A stretch of DNA of 64,000 bases from Escherichia virus TH57. Location: sequence record MT446422.1; one strand, written 5' to 3'. How positions within the stretch are numbered: the stretch's first letter is position 1; each line of letters starts with the position of its first letter. The translations under genes and the position numbers were made by a program. Of the stretch, positions 35,662 to 44,285 are shown one piece after another. Under the pieces are notes generated by a model. That model was not told the origin of the DNA, made no database searches, and was given only the letters and a program-made list of their open reading frames with translations.

Positions 35662-35677
35662 GCGGAAAGGGGGTGTT

Positions 35678-35845
35678 ATGAAAACATTCAAAGATTTTAT
35701 AAACGAAGATATGGTTGCCGGTGATGCAGGTGGAAACCCAACTAATATCGCAACAGGTACCACTTCCGGGGCAGTTGTCAATAAAGGCCCTGAACAAATC
35801 CCATCAAAAAAGCGTAAGAACAAAGACGATAAACCTACAGTATAA
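35678..35845 (+). CDS. hypothetical small protein, possibly late-expressed
   Basis: 55 aa, AAAGGGGG SD, K/R-rich tail, followed by GGTCCC-CC-GGGACC hairpin; not in track. Confidence 0.4.
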   Translation: MKTFKDFINEDMVAGDAGGNPTNIATGTTSGAVVNKGPEQIPSKKRKNKDDKPTV

Positions 35846-35877
35846 TGGTCCCCCGGGACCATTGAAATGAGGAAACT

Positions 35878-36906
35878 ATGTCATATATTGATAAAGAATT
35901 TGCGGTCAGAGCTTTATCGTATCAACCACGTTATAGAGAAGTCACCGGGAGCACATTTAAAGCAAACTGTCGTTGTAAGGTTTGCGGGGACTCCCAGAAA
36001 GATTCACATAAGGCTCGATTCTGGGCGTATACCAATCCGTCTGATGGTGCGGTTTACGTGAAATGTTTTAACTGTGACTACTCCACGCATATAAGCAAAT
36101 ACATAAAAGAGTTTGAGCCGGATTTGCACCGGGAATATATGGTTGAGAAGTACAAGGAAAATGCCTTCGGTCGACAACGTAATGAAGTTGCAGAAACTCC
36201 GAAAGAACCAGAAAAAACTCCGGTTATTGAAGAGCTTGCTTTTTGCGAAAGAATCGATACTTTACCAGAAGCACATCCGATAGTTAAGTATGTGAAAAGT
36301 CGGTGTATTCCGAGCAATGTTTGGAACCGGTTATGGTTTACAAACAAATGGCCTGCATTAGTTAACTCCGTTAATCCTGGGACGTATAAGAATGAAACGA
36401 ATGAACCACGCTTGGTTATTCCTATCTTCAACGGCAAAAAAGAAATCGAATCTTTCCAAGGACGAGCTCTTCGCAAAGATGCACCACAAAAATATATCAC
36501 AATCAAAGCTCACCCAGAAGCTTCCAAAGTCTATGGCGTAGACAAGATTGATGAGCGCAAGCGCGTGTGGGTAATGGAAGGTCCGATTGATAGTTTGTTT
36601 ATCCCTAACAGCATTGCGATAACCGGTGGAACATTAGCATTGGAAGCCGTTCCTTATGCTGAAACCCGAGTATGGGTAATGGACAACGAGCCAAGACATC
36701 CGGATACGATTAAACGTATGAAGAAACTCGTTGAAGCTGGCGAAGCTGTTATGTTCTGGGACAATGCACCATGGCATACGAAAGACATAAATGAGATGGT
36801 TAAATCGGAGGGTGCAACCCCTGAACAAATCGAATCATATATGGCCGATAACGTTGCTCAAGGGCTGATGGCGAGAATGCGACTTTCGAAGTACGCAAAA
36901 GTTTAG
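35878..36906 (+). CDS. 61: DNA primase gp61
   Basis: 342 aa; N-terminal zinc ribbon CRCKVCGDS...CFNC; same length as T4 gp61. Confidence 0.9.
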   Translation: MSYIDKEFAVRALSYQPRYREVTGSTFKANCRCKVCGDSQKDSHKARFWAYTNPSDGAVYVKCFNCDYSTHISKYIKEFEPDLHREYMVEKYKENAFGRQRNEVAETPKEPEKTPVIEELAFCERIDTLPEAHPIVKYVKSRCIPSNVWNRLWFTNKWPALVNSVNPGTYKNETNEPRLVIPIFNGKKEIESFQGRALRKDAPQKYITIKAHPEASKVYGVDKIDERKRVWVMEGPIDSLFIPNSIAITGGTLALEAVPYAETRVWVMDNEPRHPDTIKRMKKLVEAGEAVMFWDNAPWHTKDINEMVKSEGATPEQIESYMADNVAQGLMARMRLSKYAKV

Positions 36907-37014
36907 GAAGGGATTCCGGTAAAGTAACCGATGATGGAATGGATATGTTCCATTGTGACCTGAGGTAAGTGTACCCCTTGTGATGCAGCGATAGGCATAA
37001 CCAGTAAGTTCTAC

Positions 37015-37212
37015 CTATATAAGGCCGATTAATGCCAGTGAAACATCTACAACTGATTCGAGTGCGATGACTGGCAATATAACGCCATGTGCCAATGCAA
37101 CAGGGGCAACAATGAAATTCCAGAGTAGAACTAAACAGAGTATCGAAAGGACTAGAATCGTTCGCTTACGACTGCCTTTGATGGCTTGAATTAGACTAGA
37201 TAGTTTTAGCAT
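37015..37212 (-). CDS. hypothetical small membrane protein on opposite strand
   Basis: 65 aa from ATG with AAAGGAGG SD; two hydrophobic segments; only minus-strand ORF with a strong RBS inside the early block. Confidence 0.5.
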   Translation of the reverse strand: MLKLSSLIQAIKGSRKRTILVLSILCLVLLWNFIVAPVALAHGVILPVIALESVVDVSLALIGLI

Positions 37213-37296
37213 ATATCCTCCTTTCTTGTATTTATGCTTCAAACCAATATGATATAATTAACATACAAACAACATGAATTGATAAGGAAAAATATA

Positions 37297-37815
37297 ATGG
37301 CTCATTTTAATGAATGTTCACAACTGATTGCTGGTGTTGACAAAGCTGAAGAAGCTTATGACAATGCAATTATCGAAGGCACTGACCCGCTGCAGATTAT
37401 GCTTGATATGCAGAAATCATTGCAGGTCCGTTTGGCTACTGAAAAACCAGAATACAACTCACATCCAGACGAATTGGCTACCGCCGGCGATGTTGTTGCA
37501 TGGCTTCGTAACCAGAAAGATTATGTTGATGATGAATTCCGTGAACTTCTAACTTCTCTCGGTGGTATGTCTAATGGCGAGAAAGCTGCATCTAGTGTAT
37601 GGAAGCCTTGGAAAGCCCAACATGCTGAATTCCGTAATCGTCGTATTGATGAGTTGTCTCCTGAAGACCAGCTCGAAATTAAATTTGAGATGATTGACAT
37701 CCTGCACTTTGTTCTGAACATGTTCCATGGTCTTGGCCTGTCGGCAGAAGAAATCTTTAAATTGTATTACCTGAAAAATGCTGAAAACTTTGCTCGTCAA
37801 GACCGAGGTTATTAA
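37297..37815 (+). CDS. 56: dCTPase-dUTPase gp56
   Basis: 172 aa from MAHFNEC; strong match to recalled T4 gp56. Confidence 0.9.
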   Translation: MAHFNECSQLIAGVDKAEEAYDNAIIEGTDPLQIMLDMQKSLQVRLATEKPEYNSHPDELATAGDVVAWLRNQKDYVDDEFRELLTSLGGMSNGEKAASSVWKPWKAQHAEFRNRRIDELSPEDQLEIKFEMIDILHFVLNMFHGLGLSAEEIFKLYYLKNAENFARQDRGY

Positions 37816-38096
37816 TGGCTCGTTTAAATAAACGACAGCTTAAGAAAGCTCGTAAGAAGCATATTAATGATATAATTGAAAACGCTAATGTTGAAATCTT
37901 TGTAGAACTTTTAGCCAATCAACTAAAAAATTTATCTAAACAAGAAATTGCTATGAATACTGAAAATGCTAAAAATGTAATCGAAACTCATAATGTTTTT
38001 GCCCAAGCTACTGCTGAATACATTGCTAATCCTACTGCTGAAAATCTAGCTAAAATGACCGAAGCCAATAAAGCAGTCCAAGCCGCCAAATTGTAA
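37815..38096 (+). CDS. hypothetical protein
   Basis: 93-aa helical basic ORF, ATGA-type overlap. Confidence 0.5.
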   Translation: MARLNKRQLKKARKKHINDIIENANVEIFVELLANQLKNLSKQEIAMNTENAKNVIETHNVFAQATAEYIANPTAENLAKMTEANKAVQAAKL

Positions 38097-38098
38097 GT

Positions 38099-38106
38099 TA
38101 TAAATA
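38099..38106 (+). promoter_or_regulatory. late promoter TATAAATA upstream of soc
   Basis: exact TATAAATA about 30 nt upstream of soc ATG; soc is a late gene in T4. Confidence 0.6.
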
Positions 38107-38137
38107 CACCTGTAATTAAACATCAAAGGAGTTTATT

Positions 38138-38371
38138 ATGGGTGGTTTCGTTAATATCAAAACCTTCACGCATGCAGCTGGTGAAGGTAAAGAAGTTAAA
38201 GGTACTGAGGTTTCAGTTCCATTTGAAATCTATTCTGATGCGCATCGTATTGCTAATGCTCATTATCAGACTTTCCCTTCGGCCGTTGCAGCCTATTCTA
38301 CCGTAGTGACTGATGCTGCTGACTGGAAGACCAAGAACGAGGCAATGTTTACGCCGACCGATATTGTTTAA
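38138..38371 (+). CDS. soc: small outer capsid protein Soc
   Basis: 77 aa; VNIKTF...YSDAHRIANAHYQTFPS matches recalled T4 Soc. Confidence 0.85.
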   Translation: MGGFVNIKTFTHAAGEGKEVKGTEVSVPFEIYSDAHRIANAHYQTFPSAVAAYSTVVTDAADWKTKNEAMFTPTDIV

Positions 38372-38375
38372 TTAT

Positions 38376-38401
38376 AGGGAACCTTCGGGTTCCCTTTTTG
38401 C
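38376..38401 (+). terminator. rho-independent terminator
   Basis: GGGAACC-TTCG-GGTTCCC followed by TTTTT. Confidence 0.75.
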
Positions 38402-38422
38402 TTTTAATAGAAGCGGTATAAT
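38397..38422 (+). promoter_or_regulatory. middle-type promoter
   Basis: TTTGCTTTT MotA-box-like element, 11 bp, TATAAT. Confidence 0.45.
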
Positions 38423-38447
38423 TATTTCAATTACAGAGGAGAATACT

Positions 38448-38645
38448 ATGTTAAACCGTTGGATTAAACCAAATAAAGCTTTAGATGAAATTATTGCTCA
38501 TGATGTCCATTTTAAGTACGGATTGGGTGTGTTTGATGAGGTTATCGTACATTCATTCATGATGCATGACGATGACTCTTTAGAATTCAATATTGAAATC
38601 CGTTATGATGATGGTCAAGTTGAATTTAAACGAGGTTTCCTATGA
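38448..38645 (+). CDS. hypothetical protein
   Basis: 65 aa from ATG with GAGGAGAA SD. Confidence 0.45.
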   Translation: MLNRWIKPNKALDEIIAHDVHFKYGLGVFDEVIVHSFMMHDDDSLEFNIEIRYDDGQVEFKRGFL

Positions 38646-39001
38646 TTAGTTGGCTCAAGAATTTGTTCAAGACCAAACCAAACGAGGGTGTGGTTCCGGT
38701 TAGCCTGCCGGATGTTAAGCTAAGAGAATATGTTTACATGGGTGACGGCATGATGGAAGAAGTTCGTCGACGTCCAGAAAAAGCCGGTAATGTCGGGCCA
38801 GGTGCATTACCATTGAATTCGAAAAAGTTAAAAGAGCATCTGGATTCAAGACGTCCTGCAAACCATATTAATACCACTCCAGTTATCGATACTACTTCGA
38901 TTGTGGTTACGGCCGCTGCAGTCAGTTCCTGGACCGGTGATTCGTCTTATTCCTCCTATGATTCGGGAAGCTGTGATTCGTCTTCCAGCTCGTGTGATTA
39001 A
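38642..39001 (+). CDS. hypothetical protein with Ser-rich C-terminus
   Basis: 119 aa; tail SSYSSYDSGSCDSSSSSCD. Confidence 0.5.
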   Translation: MISWLKNLFKTKPNEGVVPVSLPDVKLREYVYMGDGMMEEVRRRPEKAGNVGPGALPLNSKKLKEHLDSRRPANHINTTPVIDTTSIVVTAAAVSSWTGDSSYSSYDSGSCDSSSSSCD

Positions 39002-39196
39002 ATGAGAATTACAAGTTGGCTTAAAGATTGGTTGGTTACTCCAGGGATTGATGATTCCTGGGTGGCCAGAGCCGAGGAAGAAATGCAACGCGAAGCCGAA
39101 GAATGGGCTGTTAACGGGCTTAAAGCCATGCAGGAAAAGAAGACTGAACGAGCAGCGCTTAAACTGATGCGTGATATCTACGGAGATAAATCATGA
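39002..39196 (+). CDS. hypothetical protein
   Basis: 64-aa ORF. Confidence 0.45.
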   Translation: MRITSWLKDWLVTPGIDDSWVARAEEEMQREAEEWAVNGLKAMQEKKTERAALKLMRDIYGDKS

Positions 39197-39342
39197 CACA
39201 AGAAGATGCTGAACGCCGAGCAAAAGAAGCACTGGATTTGCTTTTGAAAATTGGCAGTAAAATGATGGAAGAAAACGAAAAGTACATCAAGGAAAATAAA
39301 GTTCCTGATGGTCCATTAGTCGGTAAGAGGAAAACATTATGA
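39193..39342 (+). CDS. hypothetical small protein
   Basis: 49 aa, ATGA overlaps on both sides; not in track. Confidence 0.35.
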   Translation: MTQEDAERRAKEALDLLLKIGSKMMEENEKYIKENKVPDGPLVGKRKTL

Positions 39343-39827
39343 AAGTATATGAATTAGAATTCTATGTCCGTGATTCGGCAGGTCAAACACGACCTTACGA
39401 TGCTACCGCATGCCTTATCATGGTTTACAATGGCATGGATTCGGTTACTGAGTTAGAAACAAAATTAATGAACCTGACGATGCCAGAAAATGTCATGATG
39501 AAGGTATTTCATAACAAAAACGTTAATGTGGCTGAAGGGTGTCCGTTTACTGTTTCTGAAGCTCTGCACATCAAAGGCTATCGTCACCCGGACCCTTATG
39601 CAGAAGGTACTGCGGATATTTTCTATAAAGATACCGATAGAATTTCAGAAGAACGCCTTAAAGGTCGCACATATCTGATTTCCACTACCGACGACCTTGC
39701 TGAAGTTGAACGTCAGATTTGGAAGCACTTTGATATTGGCTTACGCTTTACTTTAACAGAAGAAGCTATTCAAGATACTAAAATGCGTGCTCATATGTAT
39801 GGTTACGGTCCGATTGGTGGTTACTAA
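39339..39827 (+). CDS. hypothetical protein (possible mrh by position)
   Basis: 162-aa ORF upstream of the modB/modA-like pair. Confidence 0.5.
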   Translation: MKVYELEFYVRDSAGQTRPYDATACLIMVYNGMDSVTELETKLMNLTMPENVMMKVFHNKNVNVAEGCPFTVSEALHIKGYRHPDPYAEGTADIFYKDTDRISEERLKGRTYLISTTDDLAEVERQIWKHFDIGLRFTLTEEAIQDTKMRAHMYGYGPIGGY

Positions 39828-40006
39828 TGGATTTATTTGAACTTTTTGAAGAGCCTAAAGCTCATACGGAAGCCCGTGTGGACCTAGTTGACGAACTTGA
39901 TGCGATTATACAGAAGCACGGTTTTAGTCTCCCAATGGAAGTTCTACGCGACCTGGCCTCATATTACGACGACCCACCTCCATGGGCACCATGGGTGAAA
40001 CAATGA
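39827..40006 (+). CDS. hypothetical small acidic protein
   Basis: 59 aa; not in track. Confidence 0.35.
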   Translation: MDLFELFEEPKAHTEARVDLVDELDAIIQKHGFSLPMEVLRDLASYYDDPPPWAPWVKQ

Positions 40007-40236
40007 ACTGGTTAACAAATATCCCCACATCGGCACTGGATATCGACCGTAAACATGCTCATAAGGAAATTGAGCAACAAAAAATTAATCGTTTACAAAG
40101 GCTTAAGACTGAATCCGAGACAATTAAAGTCAAACGCCCGACAGAATCGAAAAGTTCTTACTCATCATATCAATCTCCGATTGGCATGGCCGTAGACATT
40201 GCAGTCTTTGGCACCCCACTTGGAGTATTTAAGTAG
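40003..40236 (+). CDS. hypothetical protein
   Basis: 77 aa from in-frame ATG; contains SSYSSY. Confidence 0.45.
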   Translation: MNWLTNIPTSALDIDRKHAHKEIEQQKINRLQRLKTESETIKVKRPTESKSSYSSYQSPIGMAVDIAVFGTPLGVFK

Positions 40237-40292
40237 TTTACTTACTCCCCTCCTAATGACATAATGGTCTTTCTTACAACAGAGAGGCCATT

Positions 40293-40853
40293 ATGAACAT
40301 CATCAAATCTGATACCGAACCCAACCAGTTAAAATTTAGTGAAATGGAGATAGCTTCATTATTTGAGTGCCGTACAGCAAAGGTTGATAAGACCTTGCAT
40401 TCAAATGTCAACTCAATCATCAAGTCAAGGTTATCTATACCCGATACAGTCTTGTATCGTGGGGTAACCCAGCAAGAGATTGATTTATTAGATGAAGCAA
40501 AAGAATCAATGCAACCTTTTGAATTTGGAAGGATAACCTCCTTTACAGAAGACTATGGTATTGCCAGGGATTTTGCTGCAATGGAATATGTATCAAGGAC
40601 TATCATCAGATTGAATCATACAAAAGCTTTTTGTTACCATGATGCGATGCGCAAAATTGCGCTTGATGTTCCACTGGAATTCTTCAATACTGCTTCTGGT
40701 TCCGAACAGGCGGCAACGTTAAGACGTGAAGAATATATGGACATGATTGATTCTGAGCTTGAATGGTTTGTTCCAGCTGACCAGAAATTCGTGATAGTTG
40801 ATGCTGGATTTGTTGGTGATTATTATGTTCTTGACTGTGTACAAGAGCAATAA
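40293..40853 (+). CDS. modB: ADP-ribosyltransferase, ModB-like
   Basis: 186 aa; R (LYRG), S-x-T (TSFTED) and E-x-E (SELEWF) motifs; synteny with srd and dda. Confidence 0.6.
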   Translation: MNIIKSDTEPNQLKFSEMEIASLFECRTAKVDKTLHSNVNSIIKSRLSIPDTVLYRGVTQQEIDLLDEAKESMQPFEFGRITSFTEDYGIARDFAAMEYVSRTIIRLNHTKAFCYHDAMRKIALDVPLEFFNTASGSEQAATLRREEYMDMIDSELEWFVPADQKFVIVDAGFVGDYYVLDCVQEQ

Positions 40854-40897
40854 GACACGTTAATATGTTCCTATCAACTACTGATGAGGATAATAAA
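40837..40897 (+). promoter_or_regulatory. early promoter cassette, CATCAACTACTGA leader type
   Basis: GTGTAC inside the upstream gene's 3' end, 18 bp, TAATAT, CTATCAACTACTGATGAGGA leader. Confidence 0.5.
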
Positions 40898-41512
40898 ATG
40901 CTGTACACTGATGATGTTTTGAATGGAATTATTGACACTGCTGCTTCTAGTGAGTCTTTTCGTGACCAATGTCAAGCGGAGATTGATGCTCTTTATACAG
41001 ATGAAGAGCAATCGGTACTCTGGCAGTGTATGGAAAATAAACCCGACTTGATTCAAGAAGACTTAACCAGGATTATCCGCAACAATCTGAATACTGCACC
41101 GCCTGCGGCATTGTTCCGTGGTATATCAAAGAAAACTATGGAATACCTGGAAGATTTAAGATATGTTGGTGCGACAATTGAGTTCAACCGTGTAATGAGT
41201 TTTTCCAGGGACTGGCAGGTTGCAAGAAATTTTGCATCATACAGTTTCTATGGCACAAGGAACATTTTCTGTATAAACAATGCACCATATGCGTATAACT
41301 ATCAGGAAGCAATCTTCAAAATGATTTGCGGTGCTCCTCCTGAAGAGTTCAATGGTGCATATCCAGAAGCAACCAGGAAGTCAAACTTGCACCTGGTTAA
41401 TGATGAAGATGAGTTTATGTTTCCCGCTGGGACTACGCTCCGCGTAGACTTGATTGAAACACACCCATTGAATAACCTGTATACTGTTTGGCATTTAACT
41501 GTTTTGAACTAA
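40898..41512 (+). CDS. modA: ADP-ribosyltransferase, ModA-like
   Basis: 204 aa; R (LFRG), S-x-S (MSFSRD), E-x-E (DEDEFMF). Confidence 0.6.
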   Translation: MLYTDDVLNGIIDTAASSESFRDQCQAEIDALYTDEEQSVLWQCMENKPDLIQEDLTRIIRNNLNTAPPAALFRGISKKTMEYLEDLRYVGATIEFNRVMSFSRDWQVARNFASYSFYGTRNIFCINNAPYAYNYQEAIFKMICGAPPEEFNGAYPEATRKSNLHLVNDEDEFMFPAGTTLRVDLIETHPLNNLYTVWHLTVLN

Positions 41513-41572
41513 CCAAAGACCTTAGAACCATTATACACAGTAAAAATAAAAGCGTTAAAGGTGAAAAAGTAG

Positions 41573-41645
41573 TGTACATAAAAGATGAATAGTATATAAT
41601 GATTCCGTACTGAGTTATTCACGTCCGTAAGATGAGAAAAATATC
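41573..41645 (+). promoter_or_regulatory. early promoter cassette, CCATACTGAGTTA leader variant
   Basis: AAAAAGTAGTGTAC, TATAAT, GATTCCGTACTGAGTTATTC leader. Confidence 0.55.
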
Positions 41646-42392
41646 ATGACTTTATCAAAAACCAAAACACTGAAAGTTAAACGTCGTCTGGAACACACTC
41701 AAGCTTCTGCTAAACGTCGTGGTAAGGACTTTAACCTGGATTTCAATTACCTGGTTAACATTCTTGACCAAAAAGTTTGTGCTTATTCTGGTGAAGCATT
41801 TAATAACTCTGTTGAAGACGAGAAGTTATCATTAGAACGTTTTAACAATGATATTGGTTATATCAAGGGTAATGTTATTCCTGTTAAAAAGAAATACAAC
41901 ACCATGCGTTCTGATTGGTCCCTGGATGAGCTTAAACAACGTCGTGATGATGTTGCTGTAAAAATTGCTCGCCCGTCCGCCAAGAAGATTGAAAAGTTAA
42001 ATCTGACTTCAGAGAAATGGGAACAGATTAAAAAGGCATATAACCATATAAAGAACATTCAGCACAAACGTGAGAATCGCGTTAAGCATTATGCTCAAAT
42101 GAGTAAATCAGAACAGTCCAAAGAAAACCAATTAAAAATGGTTGCTTTGAAGGCTCGCATTGATGGTTCCCGTGTTGCGGAAGGTCATGAGCTTACTAAA
42201 TTGAATGTTTTGCTCAAAGGCAATGACTGGAAAGTTACCAAGAAATTAACTGATGCTGAAACGCTTTTTGATTGCTATGATAAAATCATTCAAGGTCTTG
42301 AGCGTTTTGAGAAGATTGGTTTTATTGGTAAATTAAAACTGAAACGTGGTTTGCCTTTGAACGCGTCAATTTTTAAACTGATTAGAGGTTAA
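41646..42392 (+). CDS. srd: Srd-like protein (positional)
   Basis: 248 aa basic helical protein; position next to dda.1 and dda; size matches T4 Srd. Confidence 0.5.
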   Translation: MTLSKTKTLKVKRRLEHTQASAKRRGKDFNLDFNYLVNILDQKVCAYSGEAFNNSVEDEKLSLERFNNDIGYIKGNVIPVKKKYNTMRSDWSLDELKQRRDDVAVKIARPSAKKIEKLNLTSEKWEQIKKAYNHIKNIQHKRENRVKHYAQMSKSEQSKENQLKMVALKARIDGSRVAEGHELTKLNVLLKGNDWKVTKKLTDAETLFDCYDKIIQGLERFEKIGFIGKLKLKRGLPLNASIFKLIRG

Positions 42393-42393
42393 T

Positions 42394-42693
42394 GTGATGT
42401 ACTACGCATATGTGCTGGTCCACAAAGATAAAGATGGTTTTGAACACCCATTGGAGTATGATGGAAAGGTGACCTTATACACCACAAAAGCTGGCGCAGA
42501 TTATGAACTTGCCAACTATTCATATACTACAAACCGCTATTTACGCATGGGACGTATTGAAACACGGTATATTCCCAGGAAGTGGTGGTTTGATAAGCGT
42601 GAAACAAAAACTGTTTTTCCTACTGAAGAACGCGCACGAGAATTGAAATTAGTTTTAGATACTTTATATGTTAAGCGAGTAAAATTGGCATGA
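42394..42693 (+). CDS. hypothetical protein (dda.1 position)
   Basis: 99-aa ORF. Confidence 0.5.
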   Translation: MMYYAYVLVHKDKDGFEHPLEYDGKVTLYTTKAGADYELANYSYTTNRYLRMGRIETRYIPRKWWFDKRETKTVFPTEERARELKLVLDTLYVKRVKLA

Positions 42694-44018
42694 TTAAATT
42701 TGAAGACTTGAACACAGGACAAAAAGAAGCTTTTGATTATATCACTGAAGCTATTCAGCGACGTTCAGGGGAATGTATCACTCTGAATGGCCCAGCTGGC
42801 ACAGGTAAGACCACTCTGACAAAATTTGTCATTGACCACTTAGTGCGTAATGGAGTTATGGGAATTGTGCTCGCTGCACCAACTCACCAGGCGAAAAAAG
42901 TTTTATCTAAATTGTCTGGTCAAACAGCGAATACAATCCATAGTATCCTGAAGATTAACCCGACCACATATGAAGACCAAAACGTTTTTGAACAGCGCGA
43001 AATGCCTGACATGTCAAAATGTAATGTTCTGGTTTGTGATGAAGCAAGTATGTATGACGGGTCTCTGTTTAAGATTATTCTTAACTCTGTTCCCGAATGG
43101 TGTACTATTCTTGGGATTGGTGATATGCACCAGCTGCAGCCAGTTGACCCAGGAAGCACACAACAAAAGATAAGCCCATTCTTTACGCATCCTAAGTTCA
43201 AACAGATTCATCTGACTGAGGTCATGCGAAGTAATGCTCCTATCATTGAAGTGGCGACAGAAATTCGCAATGGTGGTTGGTTCCGTGACTGCATGTATGA
43301 AGGCCATGGCGTGCAAGGTTTCACCTCACAAACCGCTTTAAAGGATTTCATGATAAACTATTTCAGTATTGTAAAAGATGCTGATATGTTGATGGAAAAC
43401 AGGATGTATGCATACACGAATAAATCAGTTGAAAAACTGAACAATATTATTCGTCGCAAGCTATATGAAACGGACAAAGCATTTTTACCGTATGAAGTCC
43501 TGGTTATGCAAGAGCCACACATGAAAGAGCTGGAATTTGAAGGTAAGAAATTCAGCGAAATTATTTTTAACAATGGTCAGTTAGTTCGCATCAAGGATTG
43601 CAAATACACTTCCACCATTCTCCGCTGTAAAGGCGAATCGCACCAGTTAGTGATTAATTACTGGGACCTGGAAGTTGAGTCAATTGATGAAGATGAAGAA
43701 TATCAGGTTGACCGCATTAAAGTTTTACCAGAAGACCAGCAACCAAAATTCCAGGCATATCTGGCGAAAGTTGCTGACACATACAAACAGATGAAAGCCG
43801 CTGGTAAACGTCCAGAGTGGAAAGACTTCTGGAAAGCGCGCAGGACCTTCTTGAAAGTTCGTGCTCTTCCGGTCAGTACAATCCATAAGGCACAGGGCGT
43901 TTCAGTGGACAAAGCATTCATCTATACTCCATGCATCCATATGGCCGAAGCTTCATTAGCGAGCCAGTTGGCTTATGTAGGAATCACACGAGCGAGGTAC
44001 GACGCATATTATGTATAA
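42690..44018 (+). CDS. dda: DNA helicase Dda (SF1B)
   Basis: 442 aa; Walker A GPAGTGKTT; extensive identity to recalled T4 Dda. Confidence 0.93.
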   Translation: MIKFEDLNTGQKEAFDYITEAIQRRSGECITLNGPAGTGKTTLTKFVIDHLVRNGVMGIVLAAPTHQAKKVLSKLSGQTANTIHSILKINPTTYEDQNVFEQREMPDMSKCNVLVCDEASMYDGSLFKIILNSVPEWCTILGIGDMHQLQPVDPGSTQQKISPFFTHPKFKQIHLTEVMRSNAPIIEVATEIRNGGWFRDCMYEGHGVQGFTSQTALKDFMINYFSIVKDADMLMENRMYAYTNKSVEKLNNIIRRKLYETDKAFLPYEVLVMQEPHMKELEFEGKKFSEIIFNNGQLVRIKDCKYTSTILRCKGESHQLVINYWDLEVESIDEDEEYQVDRIKVLPEDQQPKFQAYLAKVADTYKQMKAAGKRPEWKDFWKARRTFLKVRALPVSTIHKAQGVSVDKAFIYTPCIHMAEASLASQLAYVGITRARYDAYYV

Positions 44019-44256
44019 GGTACATAAAGAAGATTTAGATAATCTTATCTATGGTATTCAGGACGCGGTTGAATTTTTCGAAGATAATCCAACTATCGTC
44101 GTGCAGGGTAATTACGTTTTGCTGGAACTGAATCTTATTCGGAAACGTATGGCCGCGATTGAATATTTTAACAATGAAGAGCCAGGGATTTTTATCTCCG
44201 ACTATGTTGCTGGTGAAATTCAGAAATTAAAAGAGATGTGCGATGGTTGCTGGTGA
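44011..44256 (+). CDS. hypothetical protein
   Basis: 81-aa ORF whose last 17 codons run into the 40-bp tandem duplication. Confidence 0.45.
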   Translation: MYKVHKEDLDNLIYGIQDAVEFFEDNPTIVVQGNYVLLELNLIRKRMAAIEYFNNEEPGIFISDYVAGEIQKLKEMCDGCW

Positions 44257-44285
44257 AATTCAAAAATTAAAAGAGATGTGCGATG
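44206..44285 (+). repeat. 40-bp direct tandem duplication (2 copies, 1 mismatch)
   Basis: GTTGCTGGTGAAATTCAGAAATTAAAAGAGATGTGCGATG at 44206-44245 and again at 44246-44285 with G to A at unit position 18. Confidence 0.9.

Noticed and set aside
41646-42392. Considered as a relocated gene 42 (dCMP hydroxymethylase) because of its ~248 aa size
   Set aside because: Highly basic helical protein without thymidylate-synthase-like catalytic motifs; position matches srd instead.
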